A stretch of 55,349 bases of DNA, filler included, from Catajapyx aquilonaris (lineage: Eukaryota): NCBI GenBank assembly GCA_000934665.2. It is 3 parts of 3 records of this genome, joined end to end, with 100 filler letters (N's around TTAATTAATTAA, not from the genome) between each part and the next. Parts side by side here need not be neighbours in the genome. Positions count along the whole stretch, not along the records: positions 1 to 26,189 come from JYFJ02007767.1; 2 more parts are not named here. The stretch is one strand, 5' to 3'. Shown here piece after piece: positions 1 through 12,663 of this stretch. Positions within the stretch are counted from its first letter, which is position 1. Each line of letters starts with the position of its first letter. The translations under genes were made by a program, and so were the position numbers. The notes under the pieces were generated by a model, which saw only the letters and a program-made list of their open reading frames with translations, was not told the origin of the DNA and ran no database searches.

Positions 1-45
1 CCCCCCCTCCCCAGGGTGGCGCGCCCCACATTTTGAGAACCGCTG
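1..45. mobile_element. Right end of hAT-like MITE (truncated by window edge)
   Basis: Ends in TTTGAGAACCGCTG, the reverse complement of the CAGCGGTTCTCAA terminus typical of hAT/Charlie-type elements; the other end is not in the window. Confidence 0.5.
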
Positions 46-551
46 ATCTAAGAGTAGGCAAAATGTCCATAACGGAGTTTGTTCTTACACCAAAACAACG
101 AGGAACATTGTAAGTGTGATAGTGACAGTTATTTTTAAGTTATGAACACCTTTCGTCGCTGGATATAAAGATAGGCTTCGTTATAGAGTTATGTGCTTTA
201 AAAAATCCAAACTTCTCGAACTCGAATCTTCTATAACTCGAAGTTTTTTCCCTGTCCCATGGAGATTCGACTTATAGAAGTTTTACTACGGTAGTCTATT
301 TGACGGGTCTGACTAAGAAACGGCCAAGTCCTTAATATTAATTTGACGTTTCTTGTCCGCGCGTACAACAGACTTATACCCCCACCCCCCTGTACGGACA
401 AAGTGAAACCCCCCCCCCCTTCACTTGTCCACGCGGATTATGGACGGCCCCTTAAAGATGGTTGTTTTTATTATACTCTCTAATAATTTTCATTATTCAC
501 ATAATATTATCTGACTTACAGGCTACATAACTTGACCAACTTTCCCATAGC

Positions 552-705
552 CGTTTTCTCGAACAGTGCAGTGCAGTGGTTCTAATGTAAACCCGGTTCA
601 AAGCCGGTTTAAACCCTTGACAACAGCCTAACAACAATCAAATCAGGGATTAAACTGGCTTTGAACCCGGTTTACATTTGAACCACTGTTCTGTTCGAGA
701 GCACG
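552..705. mobile_element. Small palindromic MITE (Harbinger-like)
   Basis: About 60-bp imperfect inverted arms: CGTTTTCTCGAACAG...GTGGTTCTAATGTAAACCCGGTTCAAAGCCGG versus CTGGCTTTGAACCCGGTTTACATTTGAACCACTG...CTGTTCGAGAGCACG. Confidence 0.6.
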
Positions 706-1054
706 TTCAAAAGCATTCCTCATCGTTACCTGACAACGGCGCTTATCAACCGTATTTTTACTTTTTGTCACTATGTAACTGCGAAAGTGAAAGATCTCAT
801 GAAATTCAGACCTTTCTCCGCATTAAAACATATTATGCCTAATCGTAGATAAATCCATAACAAGAATTTAATTACTACATATGTGAATTATACATGGATC
901 AATCAGTTGTTCTGGGTTTACCATCGCTCACTCAACTGATCCTAACATATTGACCTAAATATCCTAGAGTATCTATCTGTATCTGTACTGCTGTAGTAGC
1001 CTACTGTACTCATACATAGGCGCACTGCACAATAATGTACGGTACTCTACATAT

Positions 1055-3152
1055 CTAAGTCAGTGCTTGATTTTTGGGTATGCAGTGCAAATTATATGCA
1101 AATTTTAAATATAGGATATGCGAAATGTGGAAATTGAGTGTGGAGAAGAAGGCTTGGGGGCGGATTCTCGTGGACTTTACGGGAGTCCCGCAAGTCGCAA
1201 ACGCCCGTAAACGTGACGTCACGCCCCGGCAACTCCCGAAGTGGAATTATCGTGTCGCGCTCCCGCAAGGGCTGCGGGAAGGAAAGGCCCGCAAAGATAC
1301 GGGTGGGTGGCAGCACCTGTAAGTCGCCTGTCGCTCTCAAAAATGGCCGCTTCCCTGTCCGTCAGGCAGGGATCGAATTATTTACGGATGCCCAGGTCCT
1401 TTGATTGCGCTCACGGGACGTGCACATAAACGTAAGTATTTCGCCACTAGTGACGCCACTACTAGGGTTGGATTCACAAATACGGAAAGCACTTGACGGG
1501 ACATCGTATTGTTGAGCATTCATATGTCAGCCCAGGGACGGGAAACCCGAGGCCGAATCTGCTCGAATTAAAGCTGGTCAATGGGAAAACCTGTTTCATG
1601 TATGGCTGCTGATAATGTACCACACACTGGTAATAGTTTGGTTCATGAGAGTTAGGAAGGATTGAGAGTGATGAAATGTGACGGCTGCCAGAAAATTGGC
1701 AGCTAATATTATCTATTGTCGTTATTAATTTATTTAGATGCTGCTTAAAAGTAGCCTTAATACCACTCTTGTTAATACTCATGTACCAGGATAATTTTGT
1801 TCAATTTCAGGTTGTATGAATGCAATTATTGTAAAGCAAGGGGAATTCAAAATAAATTGTAACACATTTCAACATCTCATGCACTTTGAAACCTGGTGAC
1901 TGAAGACCCGCCCCGCAAGAAAAGAACTGCACTTGCATCCTTTTGCTTCTGTGCATGACATAGCTACTCCCTACCTAAATCATAGGGGGCTAATTAAGTA
2001 ATTAATAGCGAAACCCGAATTCGAATGCAGGTAGTACGATCGGTGGCAGAGTTCTCGCTGTTCTTTTCTCAATAGCGTTTAATCCCGTCGCTGTCCATTG
2101 TACGGCGGTGGGAATGCACCCTCTTCCTCTTCGCCATTGGCTCCTGTCCTTTTCCGGTGGGCCAATCTCCCCCCTTCTTTCAATTCTTCCTTGTAAGGAT
2201 TTTATACGGGCTACCACATGTATGCCACTTTTTCGGGGTCCCGCATCCGTCGCCACCTTGGACGGACTTGCGGGCCCGCAGACTTACAGGAGTCCACGAG
2301 AATCCGCCCCTTGGATCGCTGGAGAGGTAAGATTGCCGGAGCCTTGCAGAATCAGGCGACGGAGGTTGGTCAGCAGGCAAAGACCTTCCAGGAGGCCGTC
2401 GTCGGTGATTATGCAGTGGGGAAGATCCAGGGACTCCAGCGCAGCGGCTGGAATTGGCCAAGGAGAAGGAAGGACTCGGGCTGCTGGAGACAAATTGAAA
2501 GATGTCGCAAGTATCCTGAGGAAGTTGAATCCAACAAGTCGAGTTCATTGTCTGCTGAGCGGTTACGAGGGTCGAGGGTCACCCTCTTGAGGCGTGTCCA
2601 GGGATGTTCCAGAGTCAAGTCCAGCGGTTTGGATGATCCAGTATCCAGGTGGTGGCAGGGAGAAAAGATGTCCAGTATAGGTTGAAAGGCAATGTCGGGC
2701 CAGCCTCTTTAATCATTCATGTAATTAGTATAGGTGAGGCATGTCAGCAGGAAGCCCATACGTGAGGATATGGACATCTCTCAGGTGATCACATCTTTGG
2801 GTAAGGGAGGAAAAAGTGTCCGTCTTCTCCCCCACGACCCCTATCAAAGTCAGGCTGTTCAACTTGGACACGGTTCGGTGTCCAGAATGGCAACGCATTT
2901 TTCCCTGGACGTGAGGCTGAGCAGCGTCAAACTGAGCAACTGTGTCGCCACCTGGATCCGTTCGAGTGCTTCTTGGAAGTCCATCTTGTTCTGGTCGATG
3001 CTTAGCCACTTCCAGAGGGTTTTATCCCGGGACAGAGTGGCCCATCTTGTGGACACCAACGGGACACTCTCCAGCATTTCGTCTTGGGTCAAGTACGAAA
3101 ATATGTGAAGCAGCAGCTCGTCGGACAGGTCGAAGAATAGGTCGCGTCCAGC
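1055..3152 (-). pseudogene. F-box/leucine-rich-repeat (FBXL-like) pseudogene
   Basis: After acceptor caattcag (3153-3160) the minus strand reads AGRDLFFDLSDELLLHIFSYLTQDEMLESVPLVSTRWATLSRDKTLWK (F-box). LRR segments KLNSLTLIGV and LESLDLPHCIITDDGLLEGLCLLTNLRRLILQGSGNLTS follow in shifted frames. Several frameshifts and stops; interrupted by the TIR element at 1157-2310. A possible small upstream exon lies at about 3594-3661. Confidence 0.75.
1157..2310. mobile_element. Non-autonomous DNA transposon, PIF/Harbinger-like
   Basis: Perfect 20-bp TIR GGGGCGGATTCTCGTGGACT (1157-1176; complement at 2291-2310), flanked on both sides by a 3-bp TSD TTG; no transposase ORF recognised. Confidence 0.85.
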
Positions 3153-4519
3153 CTGAATTGAACATTTTTGTCAGTATACGGTACATTACATACATGGGCA
3201 GGTGTTATGGTGCAATTATTAATTTATCAAATGTTCAAACTGTCCATTTCGTAACAATGAGTACAGTCATGCCTGGATACCCAATATAATGTGTCTGGAT
3301 AATGTTTTACATAAGTCAGGACAATTGAGGCCACTAAATTCCAAATTGTCGTTAAACTGTAGTGTAGCAAAATGCTTGCACACTTGAATTCCGCATATTG
3401 AGTGCGTCATTTTATTGCAAATTATTACATTTGCCTCTGCCCGCATTTTTGTCATCTACAATGCATCCTAAAATTCATGCACAAAATTGTGAATTATTTT
3501 ATAAGTAACATTTATGGAAAAGTGTATTTGCTGTCAATGCATTTGTATCCTTCATACAATAACAGTATATTGTGAGAAATCCATGTTAATTACCTGATGC
3601 TGTTGGATGTTCATCACTTCATCCGTCCCACGTCCATTTTATGCGTGTAAAAAGTTGCAACCTGGTGGAGAAAAAGAAACAATACCGGTATTAAATCACT
3701 ACGGTAATTTTGACAATTTCATGAAATTGGTGTAAATAAGATTCCCAACCACATGCACTCCTCATATGAGTTGTTACAAAGAAATTGGCATCAGTCACTT
3801 CGTTTCATCTGTCAGCATTGGTCGCATTCAGTATGCTTTCATTCGTCAGCCAGAAAGTTCACTTCTCCTTCCATCCCATTTTGTGCCACACACAATTTCA
3901 ATATTCTACGGTCCGCCATTTCATACCAACACAGTCATTTCACAGGATCTCATCCACCATTAAATTCCATTCATCTCAATGACATTCCATTCCGAATTCA
4001 ATATAAGCCAGATCATATGAACCCAAAGAAATTATGAAAGGTAACCGCCTGATTTGACTAGCAGAAGGAACACCCCAATGCATAACGTAGAGTACACAAG
4101 ACCTGATTCATTATTGAACAAAAAGTGTCACGAAGTCAGTTGTTCATTTGGCAACCACTTTTAAGCTATTTAACAGTGTAACAGAATGCCAAAAAATATA
4201 TATTGTGACCGGATTCGTCCGGTCATATGTAGCAGCTGAGTACTCGAGGCCAGTGCCCAGGAGAATATCCAGGCACTTGGTCGGTCCGCTCCTCTGGACA
4301 TTCCTCACTCTCTTTCCGTTACCATTCACCCTTTACGGTTTCGTACCTATCGCCTCACGAGCCAAATAAATTACTGTACATGAACATACCCACTGCGTTA
4401 TTCTTCCGTGTGATCCAACCGCTCGGGTCACAATATCAAGCATGAGCTTGAGCAATGTAGTCGATGATCTAGTCCTTATGATGGCCAAGATATTTTTCTG
4501 CTGGAGCAAGAACAGCCCC

Positions 4520-4963
4520 TTGGTGAGGCTGTGGGATTTTGGGGTGACCGCACCAGGCATGTCCTTTGTTGTGGCCCAACCAGGTATACGGTCCGTCGCA
4601 TTGCCCGATGATTTTAGTTAGTTGCGAGCGCAGCGAGCTGAGCACTTCTTTTAGATTGTGTATCCACTGCCCAACAATATTGTCCGTATTTGAGCGCCGC
4701 AGGCAAACGAACGTTATTGTGACTTGGCCAATCGCCAATCGCTGGAATGTGCTTGGCAAAGACACAATAACATTAATTTTGTTGGCCTGCGGCGGTGCAA
4801 GACATCCAGTATTGTTGGGCAGATACGCAACCACAATAAGGGCTCAACTCGCAACGCTCGCAACTAACTAAAATCATCGGGCAATGCGACGGACCATACC
4901 CGGCAGGGCCACAACAAAGGACAGCCTTGGTACAGTCACCCCAAATCTCCACAGCCACACCAA
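4520..4963. repeat. About 445-nt imperfect palindrome (fold-back element)
   Basis: Arms align to within about 20 nt of the centre (about 4740); perfect 41-bp core at 4590-4630 and 4855-4895. Confidence 0.85.
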
Positions 4964-6670
4964 CGCAACGCAGAGGGTTCCATCCATCTCCCCCATCACC
5001 TCCATATCCATAGATATATTAATAAGCTGGAACGACCAGAAGTAAAGCTGTGGCTGTTTTAAAACGATCACACCTAGTTTCGGCTGGTTTGGAAATGACC
5101 AGACCTACTGGCTATTTTAAAACGACTAGACCTATTTTTTGTTTAGTAGGTATGGTCGTTTTTTTCTATACCCATGGCTATTCTCGTGTTTTGAACCTAA
5201 CATAATTATGCACTCATTCTCGACTCACGTATAGCCTACGCCTTACAGTATATAATATTATAATATTATTATACAAATATGAGTCCATACTTGGTCCATA
5301 CTGTCATACTGAATTTAATTGAATTTTATACCTCACACTATCGTACAAGCACAAAAACCATAAATGTAATAATTATTGTGCTGTATTTTTAAATGTTATA
5401 TCGTTACGGATCATGCTGTCAGAATATTACATTTCTTACTTTTTCTGCGAGATGTCCATCATCGTCTCACATGTACACTTGAAGCTTTTAAACCTCTAAA
5501 GTCTAAAAGTCTAAAGCAAATAACATGTGTAAAAGTAGGCATCTTCCCCTATAATGTCAGGGATAGAAAGCGAACAAATTATTTCGTCGTACTTTTTTAA
5601 CCAACGCCTATGTAATTCATTCTACCATGTTACTCACATCCCATTTCGACAAGGGAACAAAGTTAAATAACGTTATCCACCCTGATGTTATCTCCCTATT
5701 CGCCTATTGTTTGAAACGAGTTTTGTGCGAGGGGGAAATCACTTAAGTACAGTACGTTGCACACCGATAAGGCGACAAGTAAGTCCGACCTATTTAGCTC
5801 CGAGAACAGAATGACGGAGCACAGCAGCAGGTCTCAGCGTGTTATATACAGCCCTTCTTCAGTCTTACCTATCCTAATTCTAGCTCCCTGTAATTGTAAA
5901 GGTAGCCAATATATTACCATAAAACAATTACGATTATCAAGCATGAATAAAGCGATACAATGAAACTTGTCAAGTTGGACACCTTAATAATTTGGTCCCC
6001 TCCCTATGTTGCGCATTATTTTTGGACACCTGCCTATCTTGGAAGTTGGACACTTTTTTCCCTTTTAAGTTGGACAAATGCAGTACAATTTTCACATTTA
6101 CTCGTACATGTATTCTCGTTTTTTTCTCTAAAACTTGAGCCATGCTGAGCTCTGCATACATAATTTGTGAAGTATGTCTTCGTGTCTTCAAGTCACATTA
6201 TCAACTGTATGACAACAGCATCCTGATGAATATGATATGGTGGCAATGCATATGAGTGCTGAATCAGGTGTTGCAGGGTACACAAAGGAAATCATATAAG
6301 TTAAGATGAATGTGCTGTCAAACCTGGCTGGACTTGGTTTGAATGACCCCCCCCCCCTTCTCATTGGGATGCCCTATTAGAACTTTATGCTTTGTTGTGC
6401 CACTCTTATTTACGCCACATTTTTGCTGCCCAAAGAAAAATGACATTTCTCTGATTAAACCAGTCACTTGTTACCGATTTATGAACCAAAAAGTATGCAA
6501 GTTTCAGAAATTGCACGTACACTGTGCTGTAGCCTACTGTACCGAAAATAAGAAAACGTGCATTGAAGTTGATTACTGGATGATTACTATACAGTAGTCC
6601 TACTATATACTTACACGTAGTACTACATCACTGTGCTGCACTATGGTTGGAGGCCCGCACTACCCAAATT

Positions 6671-6775
<105 letters not shown>

Positions 6776-9700
6776 TCTGTGTTCGTGTGTTGCACTAGGA
6801 AACCGGAAAGATTGAAATCCTAATACGTTGGACAATTTTCTTGGAACCTTCAGGAACCGACAGCGACAGGTTTTGCTGTATAACCATAAAAGGAAGGCAG
6901 TGTACGAGCGTATAATACCTTGAAAATAATTCAAAACGATGAAAGTTACAATTATACAAATTTACAATAATATGAAGGTACAAAGTTAAAATGTTGCATG
7001 ATCCCTTATGGGATTTTTCCACTCCTCTCTACGGGACTGATGACGTTCTTCTAACATAAAACTGACTTGACCATGAAGTACGCATCACAGAGTTATACAA
7101 TATTTAATACAGTTACTACCAACCTGTGACTTTGATATAGAGTAGGCCTGCTTCAAATCAGGTATTCATACAGTATGCAACTCACATGATGTAAACTGAT
7201 ACTGTATTAATGCCTTAGTGAAGATCCACACTGTCTTAAAAGTAAAGGCTAATTTCTTTAGTTACTTTTGCAATAAAAAGGAAAGGCAGGCATGGGCGAG
7301 AGAGTATGGCAGAACTTCCGATTGAATGACCCTTGTGTGTATCGAAAAGGACTCGTCTTACTGTGTCAGTCGTAACTCAAGACCACCCGTAATACAACCC
7401 ACGAAGTTCATCAATTAGACCTGTTGTTAGCTACATAAGCTCCTGTAACTCAACAATACGAAACGTATGCTCTGCAAGCAAGCACCTTCCATCGGCCCTG
7501 GCGGATAATGATCATACAGCGTTTCCTGATGCAAACCAGCTATTGTCATGCCACTCTGCTGCTTCTGCCCTGCGCATCCCAGCAAACCCTCCGCCCTCTG
7601 CATTGATAATAGTGCACTTGGGCATTGCTTATATTACGGGACCATACCAACGTTCTACCCCATCTGCTGGGGTGCTCTGCCGATGTGAAGAGGAAGTGGG
7701 CAAGGAAGAAAGCACACAAAAGGTTACTACTGTAGTACTATAAAACCTGTGGTGTTGAGTGTTCATAGTAATTTAATTTAGATGGGAGGAGAATAAAGTT
7801 GCTTGGGATTTACTCATCAGGACACCCGTAAATCTGATTGTTCGCATCTCGCCTACTTACTATCTAAAAAATACGTACCTAAAATCCGGTTGGCACTTTT
7901 TGTTAAATGTAACGTGGATAGTCCAGTCATATCAAGCTCTATAAATCACAGCAGAGTCATAGGACTGAGATATTCATTTGGCGCTACTCTTAACTAGGAG
8001 GGAATTACCGGGATAGTTCACGCGATTAGAGTCTTTTGAGAGGCAATCATGCGCGAATGACGTGCGCCGCTGCTGCAGGCCGGCTTTTGTCAGATTATGG
8101 CCACACCACAGGCTGTCACTTCTCCCTGTCTGTTGCTCAGTACGAATGTCTCCTTCAGCCACAATGTACACACAGCTAATCACGCCCGCTTGTGGCTACC
8201 CATGTCTGTGTACAGCCTCTAACAACTTTACTTATGTGTTGCTTTCACGTTCCTGACATGAAAGTACACTGTCATTCAAGTGTAATCCCCGAGAGAATGT
8301 ACTGTACATACACCCGTATAAGGATGCATTTTAATGGCCTCTGCTTTCTGGAATAATCATTCTTATAGCAGCGAAAAAAAATCATATTTTATATTTTGAA
8401 TTGGAATTTTGAAAAAATACTGTTTTAGAACACATTCATTAATAACCATGAATATAATTATATTAAATGGAATTACGAATATGGAACCCTATTGTTACCG
8501 GTACGGTACCTTATTTATGCGGAGCGATTTATCTCGAATCTTATTTTTAATAATTTTTCCGTTTCATTTGAGACCACTTGTGTCCATGTACTAAGTGGTT
8601 ATGGTTCATTTTTATATAACCTATTTGTCGGGACTTTTTTAAAATATGATATTTAATATCTGATTCGACTCACTTATAGCAGTAGTATTAGAGTGTGCAC
8701 TGGCTTGATCAAGAGAGGATATTGACGATTGCGAGAGATATTACTTGCCAACAAACTATATTACTTGGAGGGCCGTCTGTCCACGCGGGTATAGGATCGA
8801 GTTTCATAGGCTATCAAGGAAAAAATAATAAAAGAGTAATGGGATTATTAGGATGGTGTTTCTTAGAAGCGACGACAGGATCTTGATTGTGATCGCAGCC
8901 GCACTTGTTGTTTATGTCGGTAAGGGCCCCCTTGGCTATCGAGGGTGCTAAATCCTAACGTCAGCTCCATTGCTCGATGTGGATTGTAGTCGATGTTCAA
9001 GCCCAACAAAATTTTAATTACCGTGCCACTAAAAGCTGGATGGTTTTCAGATTGCAGAGCGAGAGACCACGTCCAGCTTAACATCATAATACGGCACAAT
9101 AATAGCCTGAGTCGATATTATAATGAGGTTCTAAAGGCGCTAAACCTTGAATTTGTGAGGTTAGTTAGACATGTATAGCATGTCATAATTATAACGATGA
9201 CAAAATTCAATCTATGCTCATAGATGATGTCATTGCGACGTTATTATTAATGCGCAAGTTTCATAATGTAATTTGTGCCATTTTGTCCAATTCCTCAACC
9301 ACCCATGTACCGTCAGTTGTCCTCCCTCCTCTTCAACGTCACGTTCAGCTTCAACATCAATACCGCAGTCGAGCACTCGCCACTATTAGCCTGCATTAGA
9401 GCCGTCCTCTATAAACTTCGGGGTCGGAAACGGTCCGATGAAAAAGCCACAACCTCTGGTCGTCAGCGCTACCAACTTAACATCACTTGTATTGAACTTA
9501 TGTTCCTAAGTCATCCTAAAATTACGCAGCCTATATTAAACTACTCTATTGCCTACTCAGACCTCAATTAACTTGTTATATTAGTAATTTTGGGCTTGGG
9601 TTGGTAGCCCTGACCATAGGGATGACATATGGGCCTTATTAGTTATACAAGAGCAGGGAATATAATTAGACGGCTTCAAATAAAATGCGTTAGTTTTGCA

Positions 9701-9803
9701 CTACCCTGTCATTTGAGGCCGGCTTGTGCAAGTGTGGGATCCGCAATGTAAATGAAAACTTCATGATAATTTTTGCACAACAATGTATATTGAAGCAATT
9801 GTT

Positions 9804-10142
9804 GTTTTTTTTCATTACCCCACGGGGGGAGTTATACTACTCCTTAGGGGGGGTGGGTTGCCACCTTTGGAATGTGTTTTGGAGCGAGTTTAAGAATAAT
9901 CTTAATTAGTATGCTCCAAGGGTGGGTGGGAGGGGATGTGCAAAGTGCAAGTGCAATGTCTCTAATCGTCATTTTGTGAACTCCCCCGGGTGGCTTAGTC
10001 TGCCGGAAATTGCCACCCGAAACGAAGCCAGAGATGGCCCAACTCTGCACGAAAGAAGGTGGGAACCCCGGGTGGGGATTGAACCCGGGACCTTAACTTC
10101 CGTGGGCGCGCGCGTTACCGCGGCGCCACTCCGTCTCCCCTC
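9804..10142 (-). mobile_element. tRNA-derived SINE (family 1)
   Basis: Minus-strand head with A box TGGCGCCGCGG and B box GGTTCAATCCC, A-rich tail, and a perfect 19-bp TSD GTATATTGAAGCAATTGTT (9785-9803 and 10143-10161). Confidence 0.9.
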
Positions 10143-10730
10143 GTATATTGAAGCAATTGTTTCGAAAACAACTTCAGTTCCATGAAAACACTTCTGAGGA
10201 AAAAAAAACGCAAAATTACGCCTTCGGGCATGTATGAAAACTCTACAACGACTTACCATGGACTACCGTACCTGTAAAATAATCAATCAATGCAGTGGCA
10301 CGAATCTCTTCGCATGCCACCACAACTCACCGGAGTCCTTCTGTGGTCACTATATGTCTCATACACTTAACTGATTACATGCTTCNNNNNNCCCCCCCCC
10401 CCCCAGACACACACACAATAGAGTGCACTAAGGTCAGCCAAATGAAGGGGTCAAATCACAGTGTACGGGCCCACCCTGCTCAATCCACCTGTCACCAAAG
10501 TTCCTCTGGAGGTAGTCTGGGAGAATTGAACCAAAATGTGCCAGATGCAGGTCCTGTCCAGCCCATCCCCGATAACATTTTGCTCCAGAAACACCCTGTA
10601 CAATACAACGGAGACATCAGACAGGGTGGTAACAAGTACGGGCCAACCTGTATATCGCCCGGTCTCCCATTACGAAAGTCCTTCTGATTACTCTTGTGTA
10701 CGAGGAGTGTCTAAGTTGATTTATAACTAA

Positions 10731-11038
10731 CCGAAGCAAGTTGGTGTAGTGGATATGGAGTCCGCCTGCTAGTCGGGAGGTCCTGGATTCGAATCCCGGG
10801 GCCAGCCACCCTGACCGTGGTTTTCTGTGGTTTCCCACGGTCCCGCCCCAGGACAATTCCGGGATTGTTTCCGTAAACTAGGCCACAGCCGCTTCCTTCC
10901 GTCCCTATCCTTGGTCCCACCCATGTGTGAAGTAAGAGTCAGAAAAATCGAAGAAAACTGACGGTGGTATGCCATCCCCCTAAAAGGGCTCCGCCTTATC
11001 ACGGGGTAATATTTTAAAAAATTCAAATAAATAAATAA
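10731..11038 (+). mobile_element. tRNA-derived SINE (family 2)
   Basis: A box TGGTGTAGTGG, B box GGATTCGAATCCC, (AAAT)n tail; homologous copies at 33102 and 52708. Confidence 0.9.
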
Positions 11039-12210
11039 GATCAGTTTATTTATAACTACGATATCTCAAGTAGCATATTGCTGGATCATGGTTAAATAAG
11101 CAAGGGTCCTGCAAGCAGCATTTCTTATTGGTTCACCCTGTATGTCATGATGACTTCTCTATACGTTCCTGCAGTAGTCTGCTAGCAGGCAAAATAAAGT
11201 TTCTTCTAAACTTGGCAAAGATATGGGCCCTTCCTGATCCCCAGCAGTCTGGGTCCTCCCTCCCCCCCCCCCGGCCTTCCCCAATCCCACTTCCCTCCCT
11301 CCCCTACCCTGCCCAACATAATGTCGAGCGCACTATTTGGGAAACGGTTTCTAAAGACCCTCATTCGTGGAATGTTTTCGCCCACTATTAACCACTTATT
11401 ACTAAGCTTTGGCTATTCATCTTGCCGATTTTAATTACCGTTATTATGATTGTCTCTTTGTTTATGGGCGATGCCCTCAAGTGGAGCTCCCATTTGCCGG
11501 ATTTCTAATGACACTCTAGGGAGCTGTGCTTTCCCTCCCCCCCCCCCTCCCTCCCACCCACCCAACCCTTACCCCCTTTCCTCCACCCACCCTTTCCCCA
11601 ACCTAGCCTCCCTCCCCCACCTTCCCCTACCTCCCCACCCCCCTGTCCAAAGTGCCGGACTGGAAGCGCGCATGTAAATCATCATTTTGCAGCGGCAGGC
11701 TGGGTATTAGGGTAGCTCCAATGAAGAAAAATGTGTCTCGATTCATTTACATACTTGTCACGTGTGGAATGCGAATCGGGGAAGCACTCCCGAACCGGAG
11801 ATGATTTACAGAAGCTGGAAAATGGAGTGCAGATTAATCATGGCGGATTATGAGGAGCTCGCCAGCGAGAGCGCAGCGCACAGCGTTATTCAACTGTTCT
11901 GCCGCCCTGACACCAACTAATCACTTCCTCTAAAATTGCCCGCCTAAATGCGAGCCTACCAGCTATTAAAATAATATTGTACAAACAATCATTCAACACA
12001 AAAGGAGGCTGGGTTGGATGCGGAAACAAGGTCGCTGCCTGCCTGACCTTCTTTTCTCTCTCAGCTTCATTACCCTAGAAACGAGCTTTGCCACAATGTG
12101 CTCTATGCCAATTGAAGTAATTAGGTGCACCCTCTTTACATTCATTAGAAGCCTACGCTCTTTCATTTCACGTTGGTAGTACAACTAGTCGTAGTAATGG
12201 TAGTAAAAAA

Positions 12211-12280
<70 letters not shown>

Positions 12281-12283
<3 letters not shown>

Positions 12284-12593
12284 TTGTTTGTTTGTTTGTT
12301 TGTTTGTTTGTTTGTTTGTTTGTTACCCCGTGATAGAGGTCGTGGCCCTCTTAGGGGGGAAGGGGAGGTTCCCAAGGGAGGGCGCCGTGCGATAGCCATT
12401 TCTGACATTCTTTAACACCATGCCTTTTCTCCTGGCCCCGAGCAGAGAAGGGAATGCAATTCTGCTCCGGCATGTCGGGAGAAAAGCGGGAAAAAAAAAC
12501 CCGGCCAAGCAGAGGTGACGGGGACGGGATTTGAACCCCTGGCCTCCCGCTTGGCTTGCCAGCGGCGTAACCGATAGACCACCATGCCGCCCC
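12281..12593 (-). mobile_element. tRNA-derived SINE (family 3) inserted in an (ATT)n tract
   Basis: Head GGGCGGCATGGTGGTCTATCGG...GGTTCAAATCCC, (AAAC)n tail; (ATT)n on both sides (12211-12280 and 12594-12663). Confidence 0.85.
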
Positions 12594-12605
12594 TTATTAT
12601 TATTA

Positions 12606-12663
<58 letters not shown>

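Noticed and set aside
11250..11645. C-rich tracts (G-quadruplex potential on the minus strand)
   Set aside because: Low-complexity C-runs are frequent throughout this window; nothing indicates specific function.
9804..12593. tRNA-like A/B-box sequences as tRNA genes
   Set aside because: They continue into SINE bodies with simple-repeat tails, one has a clear TSD, and no complete cloverleaf was seen.
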